From the NCBI GenBank assembly GCA_963774265.1, contig CAVZDU010000001.1, forward strand, positions 832,001 through 896,000: 64,000 nucleotides of DNA, read 5' to 3'. This document shows positions 1 to 10,444 of the stretch, one piece after another. A program made the translations under genes and the position numbers. The notes beneath the pieces are model-generated. The model worked only from the letters and a program-made list of their open reading frames with translations, was not told where the DNA came from and searched no databases. Origin of the DNA: an uncultured Chloroflexia bacterium (lineage in GTDB: Bacteria > Chloroflexota > Anaerolineae > CG2-30-64-16). Every line of letters begins with the position of its first letter. The stretch's first letter is position 1.

Positions 1-313
1 GCGCAGTTGCTTCGTTCCGGGCCAGGCAGCGTGATCGTCACCCTGGGCAGCCAGGGTACTTTGATCGCCGAGGCCACCGCGCCAGAACCGACTTATACGC
101 GGGCCGTCTGCCTTTCCGGTCAAGGCCGTGGACACCACTGCCGCCGGCGATGGCTTTGTCGGCGGACTGGCCGTGGCTCTCGGCGAAGGCTGCTCCTTGC
201 CCGCGGCCGCTCGTTTTGCCAGCGCTGCCGCGGCCATCTCGGTCACCCGCTTCGGCGCCCAGCCCTCCCTGCCCACCCGCGGCGAAGTCGAAGAATTTTT
301 GAGCATGCTGTAA
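1..313 (+). CDS. rbsK: Ribokinase (PfkB family), C-terminal part; truncated by the window edge, with a frameshift near 100-115
   Basis: Frame 1 reads VIVTLGSQG; frame 2 continues AFPVKAVDTTAAGDGFVGGLAVAL...AAISVTRFGAQPSLP, the PfkB signature (DTxGAGD-like) and ribokinase C-terminus. Confidence 0.85.
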
Positions 314-337
314 TTGGAATATCAAGGAGAACCACGT

Positions 338-1741
338 ATGAAGCAGTTCACCATGGGCGTCATCTTCGGCAACCGGGACTTCTTCCCGGATCAACTGATC
401 ACCGAAGCCCGCAGCGATATGACGGCCCTCTTCGCCGAGATGGGCATCCGCGGCATCTGGTTGAGTGAGGCGGATTCCAAGCTCGGCTCGGTTGAGACCT
501 ATGCCGACGCTCGCAAATGCGCCGATCTGTTCCAGGCCCACCGCCGTGAGATCGACGGCATCCTCGTCTGCTTGCCCAACTTCGGCGACGAAAAAGGCGT
601 GGCGGACACCCTCAAGTTTGCCGAGCTCAACGTGCCGGTCCTCGTCCAGGCCTACCCGGACGATCTGGACGCATTCAACATCGAGCGCCGGCGCGATGCC
701 TTCTGCGGCAAGATGTCGGTGTGCAACAACCTGCGGCAGTACGGCTATCGCTACAGCCTCACCGACCTGCACACGAGCCATCCGCTCAGCGCCGACTTCA
801 AGCAGGACCTGCAGAAGTTCATGGGCGTCTGCCGCGTGGTCAACGGCTTGCGCAACGCCCGGCTGGGTGCGGTGGGCGCGCGGCCGAATGCGTTCAACAC
901 CACCCGCTACAGCGAGAAGCTGCTCCAGTCCGTCGGCGTCTCCGTGCAGACCGTGGACCTGTCCGAGTTGCTTGGCGTCACCAATCGCATGAAAGATGAC
1001 GACGCCGCGGTCAAGGAGCGCCTGGAGTCGATCCGCGCGTACCTGCCTGCCGACGGCGTGCCCTCGCCTTCCATCCTGCGCATGGCCAAGTTCGGCGTCG
1101 CGCTGACTCGTTGGATGCAGGACCTTGACATCCAGGCGACCGCCCTGCAGTGTTGGAATTCCATCCAGAAGAACTACGGCATCAACGTCTGCACCCTGAT
1201 GAGCATGATGAGCGACCAACTCATGCCCTCCGCCTGCGAAGTGGATATCACCGGCGTCGCGTCCATGTACGCCCTGCAGCTTGCCACGGAACAGCCCGCC
1301 GCCCTGGTCGACTGGAACAACAACTACGCCGGCGACCCGAACAAGTGCGTGCTCTTCCACTGCGGCAACTTCGCCAAGTCATTCTTCAAGGAAGCCCGCA
1401 TGGCGTATGCCGACATTCTGGCCACGACCTTGGGCCAGGAAAACACCTACGGCGCGATCAACGGCCGCGTTCCCGCCGGGCCGATGAGCTTCGCCCGCAT
1501 CTCCACCGATGATGTCAACGGCATCATCAGGGCCTACTGCGGCGATGGCAACTTCACCGACGATGCGCTGCAAACCTTCGGCAGCCGCGCGGTCGTAGAG
1601 GTGCCCAACTTGCAGGTCTTGTTGAAGCACATCTGCCGCAACGGCTTCGAGCACCATGCGGCGATGGCCGCCGCGCCTTCGGCGGGTATCCTCGCCGAGG
1701 CCTTCGAAACGTACTTCGACTGGGATGTCTACCGGCATTAA
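338..1741 (+). CDS. L-fucose/L-arabinose isomerase family protein
   Basis: GNRDFFP N-terminus, LPNFGDE, RRDAFCGK, ACEVD, FHCGN, GFEHH motifs; AAGGAG RBS before ATG 338. Confidence 0.85.
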   Translation: MKQFTMGVIFGNRDFFPDQLITEARSDMTALFAEMGIRGIWLSEADSKLGSVETYADARKCADLFQAHRREIDGILVCLPNFGDEKGVADTLKFAELNVPVLVQAYPDDLDAFNIERRRDAFCGKMSVCNNLRQYGYRYSLTDLHTSHPLSADFKQDLQKFMGVCRVVNGLRNARLGAVGARPNAFNTTRYSEKLLQSVGVSVQTVDLSELLGVTNRMKDDDAAVKERLESIRAYLPADGVPSPSILRMAKFGVALTRWMQDLDIQATALQCWNSIQKNYGINVCTLMSMMSDQLMPSACEVDITGVASMYALQLATEQPAALVDWNNNYAGDPNKCVLFHCGNFAKSFFKEARMAYADILATTLGQENTYGAINGRVPAGPMSFARISTDDVNGIIRAYCGDGNFTDDALQTFGSRAVVEVPNLQVLLKHICRNGFEHHAAMAAAPSAGILAEAFETYFDWDVYRH

Positions 1742-1747
1742 GACATG

Positions 1748-1772
1748 GCCGGGCACTTCGCAAGTGCCCGGC
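1748..1772. repeat. REP-like palindrome, copy 1 (GCCGGGCACTT-cgc-AAGTGCCCGGC)
   Basis: Perfect 11-bp inverted repeat just after the isomerase stop; same core as 14239 and 61633. Confidence 0.8.
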
Positions 1773-1815
1773 ATGTGGTGACTTTCAGAGAGTACCTGGC
1801 CCAGGGTGGAACGCT

Positions 1816-2775
1816 ATGGCTCGCATCGATGAACTACGTTTGATGACCAAGGTCGCCCGTCTGTACTACGTGGATCACCTGAGGCAGACGGAGATCGCTG
1901 AGCAACTCGATATTTCACAGGCGACCACCTCGCGCTTGCTAAAACGCGCGCAAGACGAGCGGATCATTCGGATCAGCCTCAACGCGCCGACGGGTATTCA
2001 TGCCGATCTTGAGAGGCAGCTAGAATCGACCTACGGCCTGAAGGAAGCGATCGTCATCGAGAGCTTGCCGAATGAAAAGCAGATTATGCGCGACCTTGGT
2101 TCGGCCGCGGCCTATTACTTGAACACCACCCTGAAACCGAACGAAGTGATCGGCATTTCATCCTGGAGCGCGACCCTCCTGGCGGCCGTAGATGCAATGT
2201 CGCCGATTACAAAACCTATCGGCGCGCAGGTGATCCAGATTCTCGGCGGAGTGGGCACTCCGACCGCCGAAAGTAGCGCAATATATATCGTCAGCCGGCT
2301 GGCTATGCTGGTGCAAGGGCAATCCATCTTGCTGCCGGTTCCTGCCGTGGTTGGGGGGCTGGACACGCGCCAGTTGTACCTGCAAGACCCATTTGTGTGT
2401 GAGACCATCGACCGCTTTGACAGCGTGACCCTGGCGCTCGTGGGGATCGGCAGCGTCGAGCCATCCGACCTGCTGGCCTCGAGCGGCAACATCTTTTCGC
2501 CGCAGGAATTGGAGTCACTGCGCAACCTGGGCGCGGTTGGGGATGCGTGCCTGCGCTTTTTCGACGCCGATGGTGCGCCAATCCAAACCCCGCTCGATGA
2601 TCGTGTGATCGGCATAAAGCTTGAACAGCTCCGCAAAGTGAAACGCTCGGTCGGCATTGCCGGCGGTCAGCGAAAGCTGGCTGCCATCCGCGGCGCGGTG
2701 CGCGGTGGTTTTATCAACGTCCTGATTACGGACCTGGTCACTGCGCAAGCCTTGGTTTCTCCGGAAAATAGTTGA
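1816..2775 (+). CDS. Sugar-binding transcriptional regulator (SorC/DeoR/LsrR family)
   Basis: N-terminal HTH VARLYY...QTEIAEQLDISQATTSRLL; sugar-binding domain with GISSWS, ALVGIG, GAVGD, AGGQRK, VLITD. Confidence 0.92.
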   Translation: MARIDELRLMTKVARLYYVDHLRQTEIAEQLDISQATTSRLLKRAQDERIIRISLNAPTGIHADLERQLESTYGLKEAIVIESLPNEKQIMRDLGSAAAYYLNTTLKPNEVIGISSWSATLLAAVDAMSPITKPIGAQVIQILGGVGTPTAESSAIYIVSRLAMLVQGQSILLPVPAVVGGLDTRQLYLQDPFVCETIDRFDSVTLALVGIGSVEPSDLLASSGNIFSPQELESLRNLGAVGDACLRFFDADGAPIQTPLDDRVIGIKLEQLRKVKRSVGIAGGQRKLAAIRGAVRGGFINVLITDLVTAQALVSPENS

Positions 2776-2850
2776 ACATAGGGCAGCACCTGCGCCCACG
2801 TAAGCCTGGGTGTCTGGTTGGACCCTGAGCCGCGCCTGCCTCCTTCATGC

Positions 2851-5800
2851 TTACGCCGTCGCATACTTTCCATCATCCCCCACCCGCGCCTGCCCCAGCG
2901 CGGCGAGCGCGGCCAACCATTCGCCCACACGCGTGACGGGCGCCGCATCAAATGCCGCCGCGACTTCCGCTGCCGTCACCGGCCGGCCCAGCTCGACGAG
3001 CGCAGCGCGCACCGCGGCGGCCTGCTCGGCCAGCCCATCGGGCCATGTCCGCAAGGTGCGCTGAGCTGCAACACCGGCGGTGGGCCGCGCCTCCTCCGCG
3101 GTCTCGCTTCGTCCTCGGCGCCTTCTGCGCCCTCCGTGGTTCGCCGGCGCCGGCCTCCTGCGGCGCCTGGTACTCCGGCCGCAGCCAGCGCACCAGCCCG
3201 CGGCCTTCTTCCGCCGCGCGCTCCGCGTTGAGCGCCACCAGCCGCGCCAGGATCTCCTCGTCGGTCAGCGACGCGGGCCAGCCGTAGGCGTCGAAGACGG
3301 CCGCGTCCAGGTCGTCGTGGAGCTGCCGCAGCACGGAGACCAGCCCCTGCTCGTGCGTGACTTTCTCCGCCATGGAGAGCGGTTCGCCCCCGCGCAGCTT
3401 CTCGAGCACGTTGTACATGTCGGTGAGGGTCAGCTTCGGATGCTGCGCCTGCTGCCGCTTGCGGTGCGCGTCGAGCTCCTCCGCGAGGCCGCGAATGTGG
3501 GCCTTTCTGCGCGTCGGTGGCGTCGGGGAAGGGGAAGTTCTCGAAGCAAGGCGGATCTTGACGTACACGGGGTCGTTGCCGACCCCCAAGCCAGCCACCC
3601 GAGTGCAGTGCCCAAACGACATGGAGACGACTGGATAAGACACCGCAGGAAGAAAGCGTCATCAAGTGCGACGCACGATGAGTTTGTTGTCCGGAAGTAC
3701 GGAACTATCCAGGAAGATAAAATAGCGGCGACGCGATGTCTCGATGGTGGCGATGTAGCGATGTAGGCCAACGAGTGCCGGGCGCAGCGACTGCGCGCGG
3801 TTCGCCGCGCGAATCCACCAGTAGTTGCGATAACTGGCCCGGTTATTCTGATCGCGCTCCGGTTTGACGCGCTCGTAGACCCATTGATACACAGCCGGAT
3901 ACTTTTTCCGCACCTCGTCGGCGGTCAGGCCGAAGAGATCGATGACCATGACATTTCGGGGCGTTGCTGCAATGTCTCGGCCGTTGCGGTAGGGGCGGAT
4001 GTCTTCTCCAGGCCGGAGACCGTGCCCAGGCCCAGGTGCGCCGCTTCAGCGGGAGTCACGATGAATCCCGCGCCAAACAATTGAAGCCCTCGCCCGCTGA
4101 TGCCTTGATTCGAGCGCAATGGCTTGGCTGCTGCAACGTTTGCGCCGATCGTGAGGTCAGCCTGGATCGGTTCCCTGCTGGGCAACTAACGCCACCTTGA
4201 CGCTCTTCGCCCGGACCCGGCGACTCATTGACCACTCTCAGCAGCAGGCCGGGCGCCTCGCCTTCGACCGCAGCGGTCATCGCGATACGAACATCGGCGC
4301 CCTCAGCCGAGTCGACCCAGGGATGATCGGGAATGGCGAAGACCAGCGAGAGCGGCGGCGTAGCGTCCATGTGGTGTTGAAGCACCCGGCGGTTGAAAGT
4401 CTGGCGAATGCTGTTGGTCGTGATGAAGCCAAAACGCCGCAACTGTCCGCGCTCGCAGCAGATCGGCGGCCTTGTCCCACCAATACATCACGTAGTCCGC
4501 CGACTCCGGCACGTTCTCTGTAGGTCTTGCGCACGGCTTCGGCGTAGCCATCGCCCAGCGTAGCCCGAATGGCCCCGGTCCCAATAAACGGCGGGTTCCC
4601 CACGACGAAATCCGCGGCGGGCCACTCGGCGGGGCGGGGATTGATGTAACGGTACGCGGGGATGCGCGCGGTCTCGTCGGGCACCTGCTCGCCGGTCACG
4701 GGGTGCGCCACCGTCGTCCGGCCGTCCCAGCGGGTGACAGGCCGGCCCGCCGCGTCCAGGAGCGGCTCGATCGCGTCCCACGCGAGCACGGCGTCGCGGC
4801 GCTCGATGTTGTGGTAGTTCGCCAGGATCGGCTCGGGGAGGTGGCCCACGTCGCCCACGGTCTGCAGCCGCCAGCGCAGGAAGCCGATCCACAACACCAG
4901 CTCGGCGATGGCGGCCGCGCGCGGGTTCACCTCGATCCCCAGCAACTGCCGCGGGGTCACGCGCACTGTCTCCATCTCCAGCAGCATCTGGTCCACCCCG
5001 AGCTGCCGGCGCACCTCCAGGACCTCCGCCTCCAGCCGCAGCAGATGCTCGAGGCTGACGTACAGGAAATTACCCGTGCCGCATGCCGGGTCCAGGATCC
5101 GGACAGCAGCCAGGTGTTTCTGGAATGCCTCGACCTCCCCAAGCGCCTTATCGGTCCTGCCCTCGTCCGCCAGGCGCAGCGCGGCGGCCTGGCTGGCCTC
5201 CCATTCGGCGCGCAGCGGCTCGACTACCGTCGGGGCGACCAGCCGCTCGACGTAGGCGCGCGGGGTGAAGTGCGCGCCGAACTTGTGGCGCTCGACCGGG
5301 TCCAGCGTGCGCTCCAGCAGCGTGCCGAAGATCGCGGGCTCCACGTCGCGCCAATCCGACTGCGCGGCCTCGATCAGCAACTGAAGCTGGTCCTCCGTGA
5401 GGGGCAGCGCGGTCGCGTCCTCGAAAAGACCGCCGTTGAAGTGGGGAATGGGCAGCCGCAGCGCCAGCGAAAACCCGCCGTGCGCCATCGTGCTCCACAG
5501 CTCTTCGACGAACCGGGGGAAGTGGGCCACGTTGCGCCGCGCATCGGCCAGCAGTTGGGTGAAGCTGCCCGCGGGGAGCAGCGCCACATCTTCCGCGAAC
5601 ATGGTGAAGAGGCAGCGCATCAGGAAATGGGCGACCGCATCGGGATCGTGCCCCTTCTCGAGCGCCTGGGCCAGCCGCGCCAGCCGGGCCGCGATATCGC
5701 GCGTCACGCGCGCCGCACGGCGAGCCGGGTCCAGGCTCATGGGGTCGAGCCAGACCGTGCGGAGCAGCTCGCACACCTCGGGCTGTTCCAGGCCGGTCAG

Positions 5801-6360
5801 GGGGATGCGCGCGCGGCGAGGGGATTCGGGAAGGGGACATAGTTGCCGCCCGTGCGGGTGAATTCGCTGTAGAGGGTGAGCGACTCACCCACATCGACCA
5901 CGACCAGGAAGGGGGGCCGGCCGCCGTCCTTGAGCTCTTCGGGCGGCAGGTTGCGCGCGTAGGACTGGGCCTGCTGCCGCGCCTTCTCCATCGCAGTGTC
6001 CCAGGCTGCGGTGCCGCGCGGGGCCACGCCCTTCTTGCGGCCGCGGGCGCGTGCCTCACCTTCCTGCGAGAGGGATGCGGGCTGCGCGCTTTCGCGCCGG
6101 TCTCCGGCCCCCTGCTTCGCCTCCAGCACAAAGCAGCCGCGGCGATACAGGTCGATGCGGCCGATCGAGCCATGGGGCAGGGGGACGCTCTTCTCGAAGA
6201 CGTAGGCGTTGCTCGCCTCGACGGGCGTCGTGGGGTCGGGCCGCGGCGCGTCGAGCACGTCGCAGAGCTCGGAGAGGAAGAGCTGGTAGTTGGCGCGTTC
6301 GGCCGCGCCGGATGCCTGCCAGCGCGCAATGAAATGCTGAATATCGCCGGTCATAGTCAT
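2851..6360 (-). pseudogene. MmeI-like type IIL restriction-modification enzyme (fused PD-ExK nuclease, N6-adenine methyltransferase, target-recognition domain), broken by about 10 or more frameshifts
   Basis: Fragments across frames: FIARWQ..ERANYQLFLSELC; GRIDLYRRGCFVLEAK; FNGGLF; [11 protein letters not shown]; GAHFTPR; [12 protein letters not shown]; VGNPPFIG; [10 protein letters not shown]; [11 protein letters not shown]; VKPERDQN; FPFP; [11 protein letters not shown]. Confidence 0.88.
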
Positions 6361-6450
6361 CGTGGGTCGAGGAAAGCCGTCCGAAATGCCGACGCCGGTA
6401 TGATACCACATGGCGGATGGGATTGGGAGGCAACTGCAGACCTGTGCGCC

Positions 6451-6523
6451 TTGACACGATTTTGACGCGCCCACCGAATCTCTTGTCAGCCCATTGACGC
6501 GGAGCAGTCGTATACTCTCCAGT
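6451..6523 (+). promoter_or_regulatory. Putative KdpE/OmpR-type regulated promoter of the permease (four TTGAC-like boxes plus TATACT -10)
   Basis: TTGAC 6451, TTGAC 6462, TTGTC 6483, TTGAC 6494, then TATACTCTCCAGT 6511; spacing identical to 10441-10513. Confidence 0.75.
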
Positions 6524-6589
6524 GCAAGGGCGCACCGCGAGCAGCAAAGCCACGGTGCGCCTATTACTTTGTGCGGAGTAGTGGAGTCT

Positions 6590-8542
6590 ATGCAAATAGT
6601 GGAGACTGCGGGCGCCGAGCATACGGGCATCCTCCAGCGCGTTCCAGAGTACCGGGCTACGCGCTCGTGGCGAACGTGGTTGCTCGGGAGGCCCTTGGCC
6701 ACTGCTGAGGCGCCCCACCAAGCGATCAATAAGATCGTCGGTCTGGCCGTTTTCTCTTCGGACGCGATGTCGTCCGTAGCATACGCGCCTCAGGAATTGA
6801 TGCTCGTCCTGGCATTGGCCGGCGCCGGCGCGCTGGGTCTATCTGTGCCGCTGGCCGCGGGCATTGTGGTCCTCTTGGTCATTCTCACCCTGTCGTACGA
6901 GCAAACGATCCATGCTTATCCGGGCGGCGGTGGGGCCTACATCGTCGCACGCGATAACCTGGGCGAGCTTCCCGCGCAGATTGCGGGAGCCGCACTGCTC
7001 ACCGACTACATCCTGACCGTTGCCGTGTCGATTTCGTCGGGCGTCGCACAGATTGTGTCGGCCTTTCCGCAGCTCTACGGCTATCGGGTAGTGATCTCCG
7101 TCGCAATGGTGCTGCTGGTCGCCGTCATCAACCTGCGCGGGGTGAAGGAGTCGGGCACTGTTTTCGCTATACCCACTTACTTCTTCTTGTTGATGGCATT
7201 CATTACCGTCGGCGTGGGGTTGGCCAAGTACGCGACGGGAGTGCTGCTGCCGGTGAGCAACCCGCCCGCGTTTGAGCTCGCACACGGCACGCAGATGCTG
7301 ACACTCTTCCTGATCCTGCGTGCGTTCGCCAGCGGCACGTCTGCCCTAACCGGGGTCGAGGCCATCTCGAACGGCATCACGGCGTTCAAAGAGCCGCGCA
7401 GCCGCAACGCGGGCCAGACCCTGCTGCTGATGTCGGTCATACTGGGTTCGCTGATGCTGGGCATCACGTTCCTGTCGCGCCAGATCGGCGCCGTACCGAG
7501 CGACATAGGCGAGACTCTCATCTCGCAGCTCGCGCGGACCGTGCTGGGCAACCGCGGGCTGCCCTATCTAGCAACTATCGTGTCAACCACGTTGATCCTG
7601 CTGATGGCAGCCAACACTGCATTCGCCGACTTTCCCCGCCTGGCCGCGCTGCACGCGGGCGACGGGTTCCTGCCGCGACAGCTCACCTACAAGGGCAGCC
7701 GCCTGGTGTTCTCGCGCGGCATCGTCGCGCTGGGCCTGATCGCATCGCTCCTGATCGTCGGCTTCCAGGCCAGCGTCAGCAAGTTGATCCCACTCTACGC
7801 GATCGGTGTGTTCCTGTCGTTCACGCTCTCGCAGAGTGGCATGGCGCGACGCTGGTGGCGCGTAGGCCATCTGAAGCCTGGGGAGGCGATAAAAGATCCG
7901 GGCTCAACCTTGCGTTATGAGGAGGGCTGGCAGACCAAGCTGGTCGTCAACGGCGTTGGCGCGCTGATGACGCTCGTCGTCATGTTTGTGTTCGCGACGA
8001 CCAAATTCCGCGACGGCGCATGGATCATCGTGCTGCTCGTGCCGGTGCTGGTATTCATCTTCTTCCGCATCCACCATCACTACAAGGCCCTGTCACATCG
8101 GCTATCGCTGGAGGAGTATCAGCCCGAGCTTCCGCCGCGGCGCCATCGGGTGATCATGCCGATCGGCGGCGTACACCAGGGGACTCTGACCGCGCTGCGC
8201 TATGCACAACTGCTCGGGAGCGATGTGACCGCCGTGCATGTCAGCCTGGACGCTGAGGAAGCGCAGAAGGTGCGGCACAAGTGGGAGTTGTACGGTGAAG
8301 ACGTGCGGCTGGAGATGCTGGAATCGCCCTACCGCGCTCTGCTGGAGCCGCTGCTCGCCTACATCAACGAGGTCGATGCCACGCGGCAGCCAGGCGACAA
8401 AATCACGGTCATTGTCCCGCAGTTTGTCTCCCGACACTGGTTGGCCAACCTGCTCCACGCGCAGACTGCCACGTGGCTGCGGCTCGCGCTGCTGTTCCGG
8501 CCGGGGATTGTGATCACTGAGGTGCCATACCTCGTGGAGTGA
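6590..8542 (+). CDS. APC-family permease, KimA/YdaO-like potassium transporter
   Basis: LLGRPL, FSSDAMSSVAYA, AYPGGGGAYIVA, TGVEAISNG, ANTAFADFPRL, LIPLYAIGVF motifs; about 12 TM helices plus cytosolic C-terminal domain (ESPYR, LLHAQTA); GGAG RBS. Confidence 0.9.
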   Translation: MQIVETAGAEHTGILQRVPEYRATRSWRTWLLGRPLATAEAPHQAINKIVGLAVFSSDAMSSVAYAPQELMLVLALAGAGALGLSVPLAAGIVVLLVILTLSYEQTIHAYPGGGGAYIVARDNLGELPAQIAGAALLTDYILTVAVSISSGVAQIVSAFPQLYGYRVVISVAMVLLVAVINLRGVKESGTVFAIPTYFFLLMAFITVGVGLAKYATGVLLPVSNPPAFELAHGTQMLTLFLILRAFASGTSALTGVEAISNGITAFKEPRSRNAGQTLLLMSVILGSLMLGITFLSRQIGAVPSDIGETLISQLARTVLGNRGLPYLATIVSTTLILLMAANTAFADFPRLAALHAGDGFLPRQLTYKGSRLVFSRGIVALGLIASLLIVGFQASVSKLIPLYAIGVFLSFTLSQSGMARRWWRVGHLKPGEAIKDPGSTLRYEEGWQTKLVVNGVGALMTLVVMFVFATTKFRDGAWIIVLLVPVLVFIFFRIHHHYKALSHRLSLEEYQPELPPRRHRVIMPIGGVHQGTLTALRYAQLLGSDVTAVHVSLDAEEAQKVRHKWELYGEDVRLEMLESPYRALLEPLLAYINEVDATRQPGDKITVIVPQFVSRHWLANLLHAQTATWLRLALLFRPGIVITEVPYLVE

Positions 8543-8669
8543 CGACACGTGGCGCGGCCGCAAACCTCTGCGGTCGCGCTACTGCGTGGCGTGAAAACCC
8601 TGGAGGTCTCGCGCGTTATGGCGGACGTGATATAATCACGCGTGACGCGTCTGGCGGAGGTATGCGACA

Positions 8670-9755
8670 TTGCTCGTTCGACGATTTACCCTCGGCCCCT
8701 ACCTGGTCGGGCTGGCCCTGGTGGCGCTGGTTACGGCCTTCGGGCTGGTGACCCACGGCAAGATCAACCCGACCAACCTGGTGATGCTCTTCCTGCTCGC
8801 CGTGGTGATCGTCGCGCTGCGCTGGCGACTCGGTCCGGCCATCTTTACCGCGCTCACGAGCGTGTTGGCGTTTGACTTCTTCATTGTGCCCCCACGGCTC
8901 ACCTTCGTGGTGTCGGACACACAGTATTTGCTGACTTTTTTTGGTTTGCTAATCACAGGTACCGTCATCAGTACGCTGGCCGCCCGCGCCCGGCAGCGCG
9001 CGGACGAGGCGGTCGAGCGCGCACACCTGATGGAACAGGCACGCGAGGCGGAGGTGCTACGCGCGACGGAAAAGCTGCAGAGCGCACTGCTCAACTCCAT
9101 CTCCCACGATCTGCGCACACCCCTCGCTTCAATTACGGGTGCGGTGAGCAGCCTGCGCGATCCCGAGGTGCAGCTCGATGAAACCACGCGGACCGAGTTG
9201 ATCGACGATATTGCGGCCGAGGCTGAACGTCTGAATCGGTTGGTGGGGAACCTGCTCGATATGTCGCGGGTGGAGGCCGGCGCGCTGCGCATCACACACG
9301 AAGCCGGCGACATGGCGGAAGTGATCGGTGCGGCGCTGGAACAACGCGCAGGCCCGCTAAAGGAACGGCCGCTCAGCCTGAACGTGCCGCGCGATCTGCC
9401 CGCCGTCCCCATGAGCGAACCGCTGATCGTGCAGGTCATGGTCTACCTGCTTGACAACGCACTGAAGTACTCGGGTGACGGGACGCCGATCGAGGTGATG
9501 GCGGCCGTAGAGGGCCGTGCGATGGTTGTCGAAGTAGCCGATAGGGGTGTCGGATTTCCTGAGGGGGATGAGCGGCGTATCTTCGACAAGTTCTACCGCG
9601 TGCAGCACCCCGGGCGCGTGAGTGGGACCGGGCTGGGTCTGGCGATTGCAAAGGGCATCCTCGAGGCGCACGGTGGTGAGATTGCGGCTGATCACCGGCC
9701 CGGCGGTGGATCGGTCTTTCGCTTCACACTGCCGTTGTCGCAGGAGGAAAGATGA
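8670..9755 (+). CDS. kdpD: KdpD-like sensor histidine kinase (4-TM DUF4118 + HisKA + HATPase), lacking the N-terminal KdpD/Usp and GAF domains
   Basis: NLVMLFLLAV, AFDFFIVPPRLTF; H-box SISHDLRTPL; NLLDMSR; LDNALKY; DRGVG; IFDKFYR; GTGLGLAI; TTG start with GGAGG. Confidence 0.85.
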   Translation: MLVRRFTLGPYLVGLALVALVTAFGLVTHGKINPTNLVMLFLLAVVIVALRWRLGPAIFTALTSVLAFDFFIVPPRLTFVVSDTQYLLTFFGLLITGTVISTLAARARQRADEAVERAHLMEQAREAEVLRATEKLQSALLNSISHDLRTPLASITGAVSSLRDPEVQLDETTRTELIDDIAAEAERLNRLVGNLLDMSRVEAGALRITHEAGDMAEVIGAALEQRAGPLKERPLSLNVPRDLPAVPMSEPLIVQVMVYLLDNALKYSGDGTPIEVMAAVEGRAMVVEVADRGVGFPEGDERRIFDKFYRVQHPGRVSGTGLGLAIAKGILEAHGGEIAADHRPGGGSVFRFTLPLSQEER

Positions 9756-10444
9756 CCGAGCCGACCCATCTGCGCGTGCTGATCGTGGACGACGAACACG
9801 CGATCCTCCGCTTCCTGCGCGCGTCGCTCGCAGCCCACGGTTACACGGTCTACGAGGCGGCCACCGGTGAGGCAGCCTTGCAGGCAGTGGTCACCGCTCG
9901 GCCAGACATCGTGATCCTCGACCTGGGCCTGCCTGACATCGACGGTATAGAAGTCACGAAACGGCTCCGCGAATGGAGCGCGACGCCGGTGATTATCCTG
10001 TCCGTGCGGAACGACGAGGCGGAGAAGATCCATGCCCTCGACGCGGGCGCGGACGACTACCTGACCAAGCCGTTTGGGGTGGGTGAGTTGCTAGCCCGGC
10101 TCCGGGTAGCCCTGCGCCATCGTACACCCGAATCGCCCAGCGCGACCCTAACCGCTGGCGAGCTCGTCGTCGACCTCGCACGGCGACTTGTGACCGTCGC
10201 GGGAGAGCCAATCCAGCTCACTCCGACCGAATACGACCTTCTGCGCGCGCTGATGACGCATGCGGGGAAAGTGCTGACGCATCGGCAGTTGCTCCGCGAG
10301 GTGTGGGGTGCGGCGTACGAGTCCGAGACCCACTTGCTGCGCGTGAACATCAGCAACCTCCGGCGCAAGATCGAGCGGGAGCCGGCGCGGTCCCAATTCA
10401 TTGTTAATGAGCCGGGCGTGGGCTACCGATTGCGCGAATCTTGA
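9752..10444 (+). CDS. kdpE: KdpE-type two-component response regulator (OmpR family)
   Basis: LIVDDE, ILDLGLPDIDG, ALDAGADDYLTKPF, LTPTEY, GKVLTHRQLLREVWG, LRRKIE, EPGVGYR; ATGA overlap with the kinase. Confidence 0.92.
   Translation: MTEPTHLRVLIVDDEHAILRFLRASLAAHGYTVYEAATGEAALQAVVTARPDIVILDLGLPDIDGIEVTKRLREWSATPVIILSVRNDEAEKIHALDAGADDYLTKPFGVGELLARLRVALRHRTPESPSATLTAGELVVDLARRLVTVAGEPIQLTPTEYDLLRALMTHAGKVLTHRQLLREVWGAAYESETHLLRVNISNLRRKIEREPARSQFIVNEPGVGYRLRES

Noticed and set aside
6520-6590. c-di-AMP (ydaO) or c-di-GMP-I riboswitch before the KimA-like gene
   Set aside because: Leader is only about 65 nt; GCAAAGCCACGG resembles part of the GEMM motif, but the GNRA-capped P2 stem and the rest of either aptamer are missing
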